DNA of 64,000 nt from Eledone cirrhosa (lineage: Eukaryota). This document shows, piece by piece, positions 30,523 through 45,755 of this stretch. A program made the position numbers and the translations under genes. The number at the start of each line of letters is the position of its first letter. Position 1 is the first letter of the stretch. The stretch is from contig OZ024740.1 in NCBI GenBank assembly GCA_964016885.1, positions 202,864,001 through 202,928,000 on the forward strand, in the 5' to 3' direction. A model generated the notes under the pieces. That model made no database searches. It had not been told where the DNA came from and saw nothing but the letters and a program-made list of their open reading frames with translations.

Positions 30523-31199
30523 ACTAAATGGAAATAACAAATCAAACAACACAGTACAATGAAGAAATATATTAGTTTAACGCTTGAAATAATCTTGAAA
30601 TAGTCTTAACTTTGCAGACACTAGTCCTTCATCAGAGGGTAGAATGATAAATAAAAGAGGAAATAGAAAAGAAGGAGAAACGGAAAATCATTGAGAAAAA
30701 AATCACGTATTTAGTCAGCCATTATAGAAAGGTATATATATTATATATTAGTGTGTATATATGTATCTGTGTATGTATGAATGTATATATATATATATTT
30801 CATTATAAAGTACCAGTCACGCACTGGGGTCGATTTAATGGACTTTCCCCTCCCCCAAAATTGCTGGCCTTGTGCCTATATAAGAAATCATTATATATAT
30901 ATATATATATATATAATGAAATATATGGAGAATAGAAATGGCTGTGTAGTTGCTATTTAAGGTAACTTAAATAGCAGTGGGAATACGAAGAAAGCAAGAA
31001 CAGGGGGTCCTCATCAGTTGTCTACTGGGGGTCTCGGATATTTCTACGCTTTAAAGACAAGATATCTCACCCCAGGGTGTCAATAACTGGATAAGTTATT
31101 GGGAAAACGTAGGAGGGAGGGAAGGAAAGCAAAGGGGAAGAAAAGAGAAAACAGTAAAAAAAACAGCGAAAAAAAACAACAAACCGAGCAATGTGCGAG

Positions 31200-31690
31200 C
31201 AGAAGCTGATGTGCCCTCAATTATGACCATGTACAGATAGGATCATCATGGCCTGGCTTCACGAACGAAAATTATGAAGGGGTGGTCCACGTTGACTGCA
31301 GGCACAGTCGTGGCTGTTCAGGCCAATACGGGACAGGCAGGCTTGACCGCAGGGGCTGCAGCTGAAGGTCTGGTCAGGGTTTGATGACTTAGTGTTGTGA
31401 TTCTTCTTCCTGTACCTTTTGTCCTCGTGAGTGGGCCTGAGGGTGTTTTCGAAGGCGGAGACAGCATGGTTGATGTTGAGACGCCAGGTATCACGATTCT
31501 CAGCTAGGGTGGGCGGCCGGCGATGGTCAATGTGACAGGCACCAAGGGATTTTTTCAAACAGTCCTTGTATCGCTTCCTTGGTGCACCCCTGACACGATG
31601 GTCAGTGGAGAGTTCGCCGTACAGCATGATCCTGGGCAGACAATGGCACTTCGTCCTGGAGACGTGCCCTGCCCAGCGTAGTTGGCACAT
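31200..31690 (-). pseudogene. RTE (BovB-like) LINE 3' fragment
   Basis: QLRWAGHVSR..LPRIMLYGEL..RGAPRKRYKD and terminal zinc finger CSPCGQACLSRIGLNSH. Confidence 0.85.
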
Positions 31691-32148
31691 ATATCAATGT
31701 ATTACATCTTTTGTTTGTTTTCCTTGGTTTTGTGGAATGAGGCCATGCTGCAGCACAATGTTAAAATATTTTGTCGATCATATCAACCACATTACTTATT
31801 TCAGTCTGGTACTCTTTTTATGTCAACTTTGCCTTTCATCCATTTGAGGTCGATAAAAAAGTACCAGTCAAATACTGGAGTTGATTATTTCTCTATGTCT
31901 CTTTCTCACTCTCTATCCTTCTCTGGAAGAAATCTGGTGTATTCAGACCTGTAGAGGAGATGGGTTCCGCAAAGTTTTTAAAATACCCTAGAAACGATGT
32001 ATATCAAATCAATACGGCGCCCCTTTGACCGCCCCCACCCCCAGGAGTTATGCATCCATACATACTCTTATTATAGATTTCTATTTGTCGAACCACTAAA
32101 TCTGTATACGAGAGAGGGGAGGTATTTTTGTGTGATGTGTATGTATAA

Positions 32149-32181
<33 letters not shown>

Positions 32182-32344
32182 GTATGTATGTGTGTGTGTG
32201 TGTGCGTGTGTGTGAGAAAAAAGCCAACATCTGAAAATTATCTCATTTGGCTAGCCGTACAAGGTACAACCCTTTTCCCAGTATTGCGTCCCATTCTTCA
32301 AAAAAATAAATTAATTAAATTAAATAAAATGGAAGTCAATTTAC

Positions 32345-32465
32345 ACAGGTGGAATTGGCAGGCCGCAGGTGCGAGCCCCGCGAGGTGGAGTGGCTGTTTC
32401 GGCGCGTCTCCTTCAGTGTCCTCCGGGGCATAGTATTCTCCATTCTGTCGACTTGGACCCAGTGG
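32345..32465 (+). mobile_element. CRE-like retrotransposon 3' fragment
   Basis: GRRCEPREVEWLFRRVSFSVLRG is similar to RRCESRELEWFFQ in 34912-35319. Confidence 0.55.
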
Positions 32466-33154
32466 GTAAGTTAGTTGGTTCAGATGTCACTTCAACAACT
32501 TAAGTATATTTACATATTTTCAGTGTGGTCTGCCTTTGGTGGTAGAGTCCATACCGTAGATAGAACTCAATGTAATTCGATAGCGCGTAATCCAGTGAAA
32601 TGCATAGAAAGGTTCCGTGTTCCGCTGAGTTAATCCCTTAGATACAGAGTCTGGTGTTATATATGAATTTAACAATGAAATCAATAATTGTTTCCGATTG
32701 TTTCCGAAGAAGATCGTTTCATCGAACCTATTTATGATGTCAGTTATATAACTGCTATAGATCAGTCAATGTGTCAATATGATCAACACTCTGAAACGAT
32801 CGTAAAACAATGATATGAATAGGCAAAATAACTTGACTTTGTTATTGTTTTCATTGTTAAATTAATATCTAGTATATTTACATAAGAAGTATTTCATTAT
32901 TTTCTTCTTTATAAGGTACGGTATTGTATTGTATATCCCGTAACTCCTGATAGAGTCGTAGGGGCGCCGTATTGACATATGGCGTTTCTTGGGCATTTTA
33001 AGCCTGGCGGAGCCCATCCCTCTCCAAGTCTGAGTACAGCAGATTTCTCCATGAGAGAGGAAGAATCGACCCCAGTACTAAACTGGTACTTTTTTTATCG
33101 ACCTCCAAAGGATGAAAGGCATCTTCTTTTTAACAAGATGTTAAAAAAGACATT

Positions 33155-33547
33155 GCCACTACCACTATTACAACCTCCATCACTACTGCTACAACCACCA
33201 CCACTACCACCACTAACAACAACAACAACAAGACCAACACCAACACCACCAACACCATTACCACCACCAACATTACCACCACCACCAACACCACCAACAC
33301 CAACACCAGCACCAGCACCACCAACGCCATCTCCACCACCACCAACACCAGCACCACCACCACCACCAACACCAGCACCACCAACACCAACACCAACACC
33401 AGCACCACCAACACCAGCACCAGCACCACCAACGCCATCTCCACCACCACCAACACCAGCACCACCAACACCAGCACCACCAACACCAGCACCAGCACCA
33501 CCAACGCTATCTCCACCACCACCAACAACAACAACACGAACAAGAGC

Positions 33548-33588
<41 letters not shown>

Positions 33589-33605
33589 CCACAACCACTA
33601 TCACC
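33155..33605. repeat. (ACC/ACA/GCA)n triplet low-complexity tract
   Basis: Degenerate trinucleotide repeats; overlapping ORFs on both strands are a by-product. Confidence 0.85.
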
Positions 33606-33924
33606 GTCACTGATAAACCTAGTTTTTGTCACTTTTTGCCCTGACTACACTAAACAAATGATTATGCCTGTATTTTGTACGACAACCCAAATCATGTTAC
33701 AGGTCATAACATCATACAGCCCTATACACCACTTAAGATATTTTAATAACATTGCTACTTGGCAATGATGTTATGTTTTCAGTGTGTTAATTCTGTGGGA
33801 CAATCCTTTTTTTAGCCGACATAATAGTTGTTGAAGTCATATTAATTGGTAGATAGCTTGCATTAATGTGAAGGTTTTTGTCGGTGGATACTAATAAAGA
33901 CATCTAGTAATGAATACTATATAA

Positions 33925-34043
33925 ATAATTGTTTCTACATTTGGCACAAGGCCAGCAATTATCGACCCCGTAAGGATGAAAAGCAAAGTTAACCTCGGCG
34001 GGATTTGAACTCAGTTCGTAAAGGGAAGTAACTCTTTGCTGCT
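33925..34043 (-). mobile_element. Internally deleted SINE
   Basis: SINE tail, central domain and B-box on the reverse strand. Confidence 0.8.
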
Positions 34044-34779
34044 ACTTCTATATAATCTAAACTATAATAAAGTAAGGAGTGCGGGACTGCGTACGGTTTA
34101 TTTATTTTAATCCAGTTAGTAAAATAAGTTGGATTACTTTGAATAAATAATGAATGAATATTACATAATTTATCTACTAAATTTCGTGGCTCTTGATTAG
34201 ATATATTTTATTGCTTATTTAAAGATTCACTTCTTTAAAATGTTCAAATATCAACACTTCCAGTTAGCGGTCGCCTAAATAAACATTCATATATTTCTGT
34301 CACTAATTTTCTCTTAATGTAGTTTATATATATTATCGTCTTTTTTAAATGTATCATGGATTACTTTACTGATTACATAAGAGAGTGTAACGCAGTCTTC
34401 GTTCAATTTCTGTGTATATTGTCAATTACGATTTTATTTGATATATCATATCTACATGCATATATACTTGCGTATAATATCAATATGCACACTACACATG
34501 CTAGCAGAAAACCACCCGAAGGGTGGTTTTTCTGCTAGTATTATATAAATAATAGAGAGAAAAACATAGAAATAATGAATGTAACATTAAAAGCGAAAAT
34601 TGAGGTACAAGAAAGAAGAAACATTAAACAGACAACAGTGGGAGTGGCGGGGGTGTAAGCTAGAGGCAAATTCTATGGCAACAGTAGGGTACACAACTAC
34701 ATTAAACACAACCACAAGGATATGGTCCGAACGTGGAAGAGCCGAACTCCCACTGTTATCGCCTCCATCTCTCTTGCCC

Positions 34780-35330
34780 TCCCCATCTTTCTGTATGGTG
34801 AGCAAATGGGGTCCCACGTGCTGGCCTTCCCACAGCCCTGGCGGACAGAATGAAGAAGGCGTTTCCCCGGAAGGTGGGAAGGGAGATGCGTTGGAATGTA
34901 TGTCTGATAATCTAGTAATGTGCGTGTGTGTGATGATATTCTCTCTCTTTCACTAACTGCCTCCGTCTATCTCGCTCTCCCCATCTCTCACTATTATAAA
35001 CCAATGGAAACCCATGTGCTGGCCGCCCCACGGTCCCGGCGGACAGAATAGTCCAACCCGTCACCCTCACCATCGTCCGGAGGATGGTGAGGAAGACGGG
35101 TTGGAAGAACCATTCCAGCTCGCGAGACTCACACCTGCGGGTAGCCAACTCCATGCTGATGGTGGCGTGTAGGGAGGTGGTTCTAGGGACAAGGACACCA
35201 GTAGTTTCCACTGCTACGAGCTCGACCGTAAACCTGTCGGAGCGCGACCGATATTTGGAGAGTCTACCCTCCTCGGCCCGAAGAGCAGCAATGCCTGGGT
35301 TAGTCGCAGACTGCACCACGTTGCCGCTGG
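34780..35330 (-). pseudogene. CRE-like non-LTR retrotransposon REL endonuclease C-terminus, 3' end partly duplicated
   Basis: AALRAEEGRLSKY..VAVETTG..RELEWFFQ..LTILR pattern. Confidence 0.65.
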
Positions 35331-35364
35331 AGAAAGTATTATATTATTATATTATTTACTGAGA

Positions 35365-35810
35365 GGGCGACGGATTGGCAGTATCGGTAGAGCATCGGCC
35401 ATTATGCTTTGTGGTATATAGTTACGTCCTTCTTCATTCTGAGTTCAAATCTCGCCGAGGTTAGCTTTGCCTTTCATCCTTACGGGGTCGGTAAAATAAA
35501 GTACCAGTAACACACTGGGGTCGATTTAATCGACTTTCCCCTGTCCCAAAATTTCTGGCCTTGTGACTAAATCAGAAACCATTATTTACTGGAGCCCATA
35601 ATGCAATTTTTAGGGCGGTGGATTGGCAGTATCGGTAGAGGGTCGGACGCCATGCTTTCCAGCATAGTTACGTCCCTTTACGATCTGAGTTCAAATCCCG
35701 CCGAGGTTGACTTTGCCTTTCATCCTTACGGGGTCGATAAAATAAAGTACCAGTAATGCACTGGGTATTTGCTGGCCTTGTGCCTAAAGTAGAAACCATT
35801 ATTTACTGAT
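35365..35810 (+). mobile_element. Two SINEs in series
   Basis: Both match the consensus; ATTATTTACTG recurs at ~35351, 35581 and 35798. Confidence 0.88.
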
Positions 35811-35837
35811 TTACTGTGAAGGAATTAATATATATTT

Positions 35838-36262
<425 letters not shown>

Positions 36263-36495
36263 TATGTATGTATACGTACATACATATATGTATACAGACG
36301 TACAGTAGCATGCATATATATATATATATATATACATATACATACAGGTACACATATATATATATGTACGTATCAGTTTAGCGAACGTTTATTATAACGC
36401 CCGCTTTGTCCGTTTGTAAACAAGCGAACAGCCTGATTTATGCTATACGGTTTTAAGGCAACCACGTCACCTTTTTGTTCAACACTGACACAGGA

Positions 36496-36538
36496 ACGAT
36501 GTACTAGTTTCAAGCTTGTTAGCTATCATCAGCACCGT
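36496..36538 (-). ncRNA. Minimal type I hammerhead ribozyme
   Basis: Reverse complement of 37283-37325. Confidence 0.7.
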
Positions 36539-36773
36539 ATACCCTTCTGCCAGATAGTTGAACGTTCGAAAGTATATACTTTCCTTATGAAAATTAACGG
36601 CTGAGCAGCCTAATTTGCATATCGAGTGAGTTCAGTCGGCCAGGCGTACCGAAAACGATAAGTTGTAATATAATGAAACGAAATTTCATTTCTCACTCTT
36701 AGTACGGCACTTACTTAAATGTAAGTATGTATGTATACGTACTTACATATATGTATACAGACGTACAGTAGCA

Positions 36774-36809
<36 letters not shown>

Positions 36810-37007
36810 CAGGTACACATATATATATGTACGTATCAGTTTAGCGAACGTTTATTATAACGCCGCTTTGTCCGTTTGTAAACAAGCGAACAGCCTGATT
36901 TATGCCATACGGTGTTAAGGCAACCACGTCACCGTTACACACGGACAAAGCGGGCGTTATAATAAACGTTCGCTAAACTGATACGTACATATATATATGT
37001 GTACCTG

Positions 37008-37047
<40 letters not shown>

Positions 37048-37282
37048 TGCTACTGTATGTCTGTATACATATATGTATGTACGTATACATACATACTTAC
37101 ATTTAAGTAAGTGCCGTACTAAGAGTGAGAAATGAAATTTCGTTTCATTATATTACAACTTATCGTTTTCGGTACGCCTGGCCGACTGAACTCACCTGAT
37201 ATGCAAATTAGGCTGCTCAGCCGTTAATTTTCATAAGGAAAGTATATACTTTCGAACGTTCAACTATCTGGCAGAAGGGTAT

Positions 37283-37325
37283 ACGGTGCTGATGATAGCT
37301 AACAAGCTTGAAACTAGTACATCGT
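37283..37325 (+). ncRNA. Minimal type I hammerhead ribozyme
   Basis: acggug CUGAUGA u-agc-uaacaa-gcu-u GAAA cuag UA caucgu. Confidence 0.7.
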
Positions 37326-37611
37326 TCCTGTGTCAGTGTTGAACAAAAAGGTGACGTGGTTGCCTTAACACCGTATGGCATAAATCAGGCTGTTCGCTTG
37401 TTTACAAACGGACAAAGCGGGCGTTATAATAAACGTTCGCTAAACTGATACGTACATATATATATGTGTACCTGTATGTATATATATATATATATATGCA
37501 TGCTACTGTACGTCTGTATACATATATGTATGTACGTATACATACATACTTACATTTAAGTAAGTGCCGTACTAAGAGTGAGAAATGAAATTTCGTTTCA
37601 TTATATTACAA

Positions 37612-37665
<54 letters not shown>

Positions 37666-37667
<2 letters not shown>

Positions 37668-37845
37668 AGCTTCTACGGGACTAGAACTGTTTTATTCGTG
37701 AGAAATCATCAGGTGCTTCCTGATGATTTCTCACGAATGACACAGTTCTAGTCCTGTAGAAGCTCTTCTATATTAAAACTTTTATACTCTGCTATGTATT
37801 GAGTACCTTATTTACTGTGGTTACCTCCGATTCAACCCGGAGGTA
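37666..37845. mobile_element. Palindromic hammerhead-bearing element (family Y) with mutated cores
   Basis: Homologous to 57768-57965; GAAA reads GACA on + and AAAA on -. Confidence 0.7.
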
Positions 37846-37872
37846 ACCACACACACACACACATATATATAT

Positions 37873-37903
<31 letters not shown>

Positions 37904-37904
37904 A

Positions 37905-37939
<35 letters not shown>

Positions 37940-38094
37940 TGTGGGGGGGGGGGTACGTGTGGGTGGATGTGTGTGTATGTGTGTGTGTGTGTACGTGTGT
38001 GTAACATGTGTGGTGAGAAGTCTACACATCCTAGTTTAAACTTCAAATCCGGCTTACAACATTCAGCTCTGGGTCAAGATAAGAACATATGTTG

Positions 38095-38850
38095 TCTTGG
38101 TGGTGGTGTACGTGTTAGTGGCGGTGGTGATGGTGGGGTGATGATGGTGGGTGAGGGTGCTGGTGGGGTGAGGGTGGTGGTGAAGGTGTGGGTGAAGGTG
38201 GTGGTGGTGGATAGGGTGATGGTGGAAAAGTGATGGTGGTTCCTGAAATTGAGGTGGTGACTGGTTGTTGTTTTTGTGGTGGTGGTGCTGATGGGTGGTG
38301 TGGTGTATTGGGGCGGTGATGCTAGGGTTGTTGGTGTACGTGATGGTGTTGATGATGGTGGTGGTGGTCGTGGTAATGGTGGTTGTAGTAGTAGAAGTAA
38401 CTGTGGTGGTAGAGGTGGTGGTGGGTTTGATGGCTGTAGTGGTGGAAGAGGTGGTTGTGGTCGTGGTGGTAGTGGTGGTAGAGGTGGTAGTGGTGGTAGA
38501 GGTGGTGGTGGTGGTAGAGGTAGTCGTGGTGGTAGAGGTGGTGGTGGTGGTAGAGGTGGTGGTGGTGGTAGAGGTGGTGGTGGTTTTGATGGCTGTAGTG
38601 GTGGTGGTGGTGGTGGTGGTAGAGGTGGTGGTCGTCGTGGTGGTAGTGGTGGTAGAGGCGGATGTGGGTTTGATGGGTGTAGTGGTGGTCGTGGTGGTAG
38701 AGGTGGTGGTGATGGCTGTAGTGGTGGTGGTGATGATGGCTGTAGTGGTGGTAGTGGTGGTAGAGGTGGTTGTGGTCATCTTGGTAGTTGTGGTAGAGGT
38801 GGTGGTGGGTTTGATGACTGTCGTGGTGGTGGTAATAGTAGTGGTAGTTG
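38095..38850. repeat. (GGT)n-rich triplet low-complexity tract
   Basis: Degenerate GGT/GTA repeats. Confidence 0.85.
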
Positions 38851-39179
38851 ACTAAGCAGAGTAGCAACTGTATATATTATATAGTGCCAGCTGGGTTGAC
38901 TCAACCCTCGACATTAGGAGTTCAATTTTGATCGGAATTAACTTTGTCTTTTATATTTCCACAGAAGCCGCTTTACGATTGCCAGACCTGCCAGAAATAG
39001 CAACCAAATCTTCCTCAAAACACACACTAACATTTTATATAAAGGAGGCACCCCTTATATATTATTGACCACTGGGCGTTTAAGTCATAATGGAGTCGCA
39101 GGAGCGCCATCGTCACATTCGTGTATGGTGTGTATGTAAGAAAGAGAACATGGATGTGATATTGGAAAGTAAACGTTTG

Positions 39180-39632
39180 TGTGAGCTGGTGTATATTAAG
39201 ACTAACATCCAGTACAGAATTGAAGTGATCAGAGACAAAAACAAAATCAATTATTGATCTCTGTTCCTGATTCCCCTTATACCATGTATATTTATGGATG
39301 TTTCTGCGCTGGAAGTTGTTCATAATAGATAGTCTATTGCTAGAACAGATGTTTAATAAGGCCTCGCCATTCGTATTTAGACCGGGGGTCACCGTTCCTT
39401 TCAATCACTCCTTTCCATGTCAGGTCGCCAGTGCCCTCATGTGCATTGAAGTCTTCCATCAGGATATATGACTCAGTCTTAACTACATCTAACACTACAG
39501 TGACTTCATCAAGGAAGGACCTGTATTCGGACTCCTTGTTTGGTGTATAAACATGTACACCCATCTTTTCGCCTAAGTTTCAAGAGATAGATAAATCCTG
39601 CCTTCTAATGGGATCCAGTCCATAACGCATTC
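39180..39632 (-). pseudogene. LINE APE endonuclease fragment (RTE-like)
   Basis: ILMEDFNAH, NTNGEALL and HKYTWY..RSIIDFVFVS. Confidence 0.8.
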
Positions 39633-40841
<1,209 letters not shown>

Positions 40842-41101
40842 CAAAATATATATATATATACAAAATTAAATTAAGGGTGTCATGTCAGAGACATGCGCCA
40901 TATCCACTGTAGAATATGCTCCAAGATTCCTATGAATAGATCCGAGCATTTTATATCAACTAGAAATTTCTATTTTTAAAGTTCTAGTTAAACTTTAATT
41001 AGTTACCTACCTAGATATGTGTGCTTACACACTTTTACAAATTATTCCCTGTGATTGTTTCATATGTTTATTTTATATATATATGTCAATCAATTTCTAG
41101 T

Positions 41102-41147
<46 letters not shown>

Positions 41148-41154
41148 TTGACTT

Positions 41155-42425
41155 CAGTGTTGAACACCCCAACGAAGACGGGTCACTTGCCCTCCTCGAC
41201 CTCCGAATCAACATCACGGAACAGGGAAGGATCCACTACAACTTCTACTGAAAGGCAGCCTGCAGGGACCTATTCGTTCACTACAAGTCCGCCCCCCCCC
41301 CTAACAGTGCCAAAAGAGGATACATCACGAACGAGATCGCGCGAATCAAAAACAGATGCAGCGATCCCGCGAGTGGTGTCACTCACACCAAGCGATTCCG
41401 CGAGGTGCTGGAGACGAACGGGTACCCTACCTCGATCACAGACAGAATAGGAGACACCAGATGCAAGAGACAGAGAAGCACCCAAGGCAAGTGCTTCCTT
41501 AAAATGCCACACCTGGGCGAGAAAACCACCAACGCTATCCGCAAGGCTATACGGAGGGAGGGCCTTGACATCCACCTGGCCCACTCGGGCCCCTCCCTGC
41601 GAAGATGCCTCTCCAAGAAACCCGAAAAATCTACTGGCGCATGCTCCCTCAGAGACTGCCCGATACGCCATGCGAACTGTTGCCTACGCACATACGTCGT
41701 GTATGAGATAGAATGTGACAGGTGCAACCAATACTACATAGGTAGCACAATTCGACCTTTGCACATCCAGATCAAGGAACACACTAAAACCAGGGCCTCG
41801 TCTTTCCGAAAACACATAGACAAATGCGGAAACAAAGACGGAAGGCCCATTGTCACAATTCTAGCGACTGAAAGAAACGTCGGCACGTTACGTATCAAGG
41901 AAGCGCTTTTTATGAAACGACTGCAACCGCAAATAAACAACCGATCAGAGAGAAGCGAAATGAGATGGCTCGTTTAAGTTAACAAGCGATGCAACAACAC
42001 ACAATACACGCACACACACACACGCAAACGAGACAACTACACACACACACGCACACACACACAGTAGCATTCCACCATACGAACATACTACACTGCCAAT
42101 ACAGAGGAACAAGGCAATAACACACGCACACACACACACACACACACACTCAAGCGAGACAACAACACACGCACACACACACACAGTAACATTTAACAAA
42201 CAGGCAGAGAATGGACTGACAGCTAGCGCCACCCCACTCCCTCATTCGGCCGCTGACCTCTGTACGACCGACCCCATTTCACGCGCACGCGCGCTCTGCC
42301 GAATACCTCAGATATTCAAAACAACAAACAGCGAAGGACGCATTCCGGACCTGTCCGACAGACAACCTTTTCCCCCACCCCGGAAAAAACCCCAGTTAAT
42401 GGATGTGAATCCGAAATATATAGGG
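41155..42425 (+). mobile_element. PLE 3' half: RT thumb remnant, GIY-YIG endonuclease and 3' UTR
   Basis: LALLDLRI RT remnant with a stop and frameshift, then the open EN frame; degenerate hammerhead at 42390-42425. Confidence 0.88.
41405..41977 (+). pseudogene. Penelope GIY-YIG endonuclease domain (open frame, 5'-truncated element)
   Basis: NGYP, Cys-rich linker CSLRDC..CC, VVYEIECDRCNQYYIGST.RPL..IKEH, and LRIKEALFMKRLQPQIN. Confidence 0.88.
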
Positions 42426-43132
42426 ACTATCAAATCTCTCCCAAGGTAACTCTCTCTTGTGTTGTTATTTTTATTCTATCCTTTATACTCTTCATTCTAC
42501 ACATCTCACACATCTTATACACACCACGCATCTCAACGTACACCCACTTACATCTCTCTCTCCACCACCGGACCTTGTTACCCGGAGATTTACCCATTTG
42601 CATTATCGAGGCTTCCAAACGACTTAAAGTTATTTACTTATTCTTTTTTAAATAATTTTTTTGAGGTTTCCCCTTAAAAAATTGTTTTTCATTTTGTCTT
42701 GTTTCCGTTCGCTGTCTTTTCGCCGTCTTTTCTTTGTTAATTTTCTTTGTAAACTTTTTTCTTTTTTTTCTTTTTCCTTTGTTTTTCTCATGTTCCACGT
42801 TCTCTAAGACGTACCAGACATTTTTCTCTGACGTCACACACATTTATCTGGGTTCTTTTTTTAGTTTAACGGCTATAAATTATTGTTTGTCTTTCGATTC
42901 TTTTTCCTTTTGACAGTGTTTGGCTTATGTCAGACGCCGTGACCCCAGATGGACCAGCAGTACCGTTGGCAGGGGTCGAAATTGTTCAAGTTCATCTCAA
43001 CGGCCGATGTCCATGGAGTTCTGTGTCCTTCGATTGTATATTTAAAAAAAAAATGTTTAAAGGTTTCCCCTTAAAAAATTGTTTTCGTTTTGTTTTGTTT
43101 CCGTTCGTTGTCTTGTCTTTTCCTTTAATTTT

Positions 43133-43194
<62 letters not shown>

Positions 43195-43760
43195 ACTTTT
43201 AAAGGTTTCTACCCCGGGCACAAGGCCAGCAACCATCCAGTGCAGAAAAGTAAACTAGTACGAGATAATAATTCTGAGTCCCGAAAAAAATATACTAATG
43301 CTAACTCTAATGGTACCGCCACGCTACAAAAGTTCTTATACAAGCTACATGAAAGTTCGTACGGGGTAAAAGTAGAATACGGAAAAATAAATTCAGAATC
43401 CACCCCGCCCAGAAGAAAAGAGAAGAAAGAAATACTGAAACGAGAAATTAAGGCAGAGGTGCCACTAAGAAATATAGAAGGCACGGAAAAAAGGGGGAGC
43501 GGTCGGATAAGGGGGCAAGTATCCGAGGTCTAAAACAACTGCTATAAAAATCGGAGTTCGCCAAATCTATCATAGACTAGGGGAGGGGTGGGGGTACTGA
43601 GGCTACAAGGGGTCAAAGGGCTGCCTCGGGTGGGCGAGAAAAATACCTATTACCCACTCTACTACCATAAGTATTGAGTACTTTGGTGCGTTATGGTCCA
43701 CCTGGTTCCTTACCACATTTCCTTCGTTATATATATATATATATATATCCAGGAGGTGTA

Positions 43761-44025
43761 CATCCCAGCCAGCGACCGTCACCAACATCTCATCATCACA
43801 TCCGCCCCCACATACACTACAGGCCAAAGCCATTCCGCCACCACCACACCACAGCCCATCACAGCCAGCGACCGTCACCAACATCTCATCATCACCTCCG
43901 TCCCCACATACACTACAGGCCAAAGCCATTCCGCCATCACCACACCACAGCCCATCACAGCCAGCGACCGTCACCAACATCTTATCATCACATCCACCCC
44001 CACATGCACTACAGGCCAGTACATC
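43761..44025 (+). repeat. 96-bp minisatellite, ~2.7 copies
   Basis: CAGCCAGCGACCGTC starts at 43766, 43862 and 43958. Confidence 0.9.
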
Positions 44026-44280
44026 CCTTTGATCCTTCCCACCAATCAAAACAACTCATATTGTCAAACTTTTGAAATTCTGGCTTTACCACATAGCATG
44101 TATTTCATTTTCTTATAGCATTTTAAAGGGTCCGTCGAGCCGCCGATTATTGAGTCGGGTAGGATCGATACAGATCGAACCTTGAGCTGATCAGTGGCGA
44201 AACGCGCGTCATCTACCAATAAATGCAATGAAGGAGTAATGAATCGTCCTTGTTATCCTTTCAATATATATATATATATA

Positions 44281-45672
44281 TATCATAAATCGTGTCTATA
44301 GATTCAATCAGATATTAAAATATATACTATTTCTTCTTCTAATCAGCATAATCAACCATATACATAATCAAATCTAGCAAGCTTTAAGAATAAATTTTCT
44401 AACGGGGAAATCTCCGACAAATAATTGACCGCAGCCAGTTCGCGTTAACTCCGTTCCATTATTTATCAAACACTTCGGCAGCATGCAGAATCCGATCAAA
44501 TACATCGTCAACCGCACGTAATTAGTAGTAAAATTAAACTTAGAAGAAATGCGCACATACCGTAATTATATCTCTACCATGGTTTCTTCCTTGTTTAGGA
44601 CATCCAAATAATATGGATTTGCTTTGAGTCAGGAATCATCAGGAGACAAACTCAGAAATAGACATTTAATTTCTCAGACCGACCGCGCCAAATTTAGATT
44701 CAAAAATGGCTAAGATCGCTATGTAGCTGTGTACCAGCCAGAGAGAAAGCGTGTGATTGGCTGCTTACGGCGGGTAGGCATGCTGCTAGAAAGCGCAGCC
44801 ATATATCGCCAAATTTAATCTCAACCGAAAGGGAGATTATTAAATATAGAGGTTATCACATACATAAAATTAAATTAAATTAAATCAAAGATACATATAT
44901 GCGTTGCAACTGTTCACTTTTAAGCTCAATGAAGAATTAATAAATTAAAATCAAAAAATCAGAGCACTATATCATAAATCGTGTCTATAGAATCAATCAG
45001 ATATTAAAATATATACTATTTCTTCTTCTAATCAGCAAAATTAACCATATACATAATCAAATCTAGCAAGCTTTAAGAATAAATTTTCTAACGGGGAAAT
45101 CTCCGACAAATAATTGACCGCAGCTAGTTCGCGATAGCTCCGTTCCATTATTTATCAAACACTTTGGCAGCATGCAGAATTCGATCAAATACATCGTCAA
45201 CCGCACCTAATTAGTAGTAAAATTAAACTTAGAAGAAATGCGCACATACCGTAATTATATCTCTACCGTGGTTTCTTCCTTGTTTAGGACATCCAAATAA
45301 TATGGATTTGCTTTAGGACATCCAAATAATATGTATTTGATCGGATTCTGCATTCTGCCGAAGTGTTTGATAAATAATGGAACGGAGTTATCGCGAACTA
45401 GCTGCGGTCAATTATTTGTCGGAGATTTCCCCGTTAGAAAATTTATTCTTAAAGCTTGCTAGATTTGATTATGTATATGGTTAATTTTGCTGATTAGAAG
45501 AAGAAATAGTATATATTTTAATATCTGATTGATTCTATAGACACGATTTATGATATAATGCTCTGATTTTTTGATTTTAATTTATTAATTCTTCATTGAG
45601 CTTAAAAGTGAACAGTTGCAACACATATATGTATCTTTGATTTAATTTAATTTAATTTTATGTATGTGATAA

Positions 45673-45675
<3 letters not shown>
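44281..45675. mobile_element. ~690-bp unit in partial tandem plus inverted copy (PLE-like architecture)
   Basis: 44281-44625 repeats at 44970-45315; ~44850-45190 is inverted at ~45335-45675. Confidence 0.75.

Positions 45676-45751
<76 letters not shown>

Positions 45752-45755
<4 letters not shown>

Noticed and set aside
31000-31022. CTGATGAGGAC on the minus strand as a hammerhead
   Set aside because: No closing stem II, GAAA or stem I partner.
32979-33644. Proline-rich extensin-like 221-aa ORF
   Set aside because: It starts in SINE-derived sequence and is open only because of triplet repeats; other frames are open too.
38063-38867. Mucin-like, Gly-rich or His-rich ORFs
   Set aside because: Four overlapping frames across a degenerate (GGT)n tract; no independent evidence of coding.
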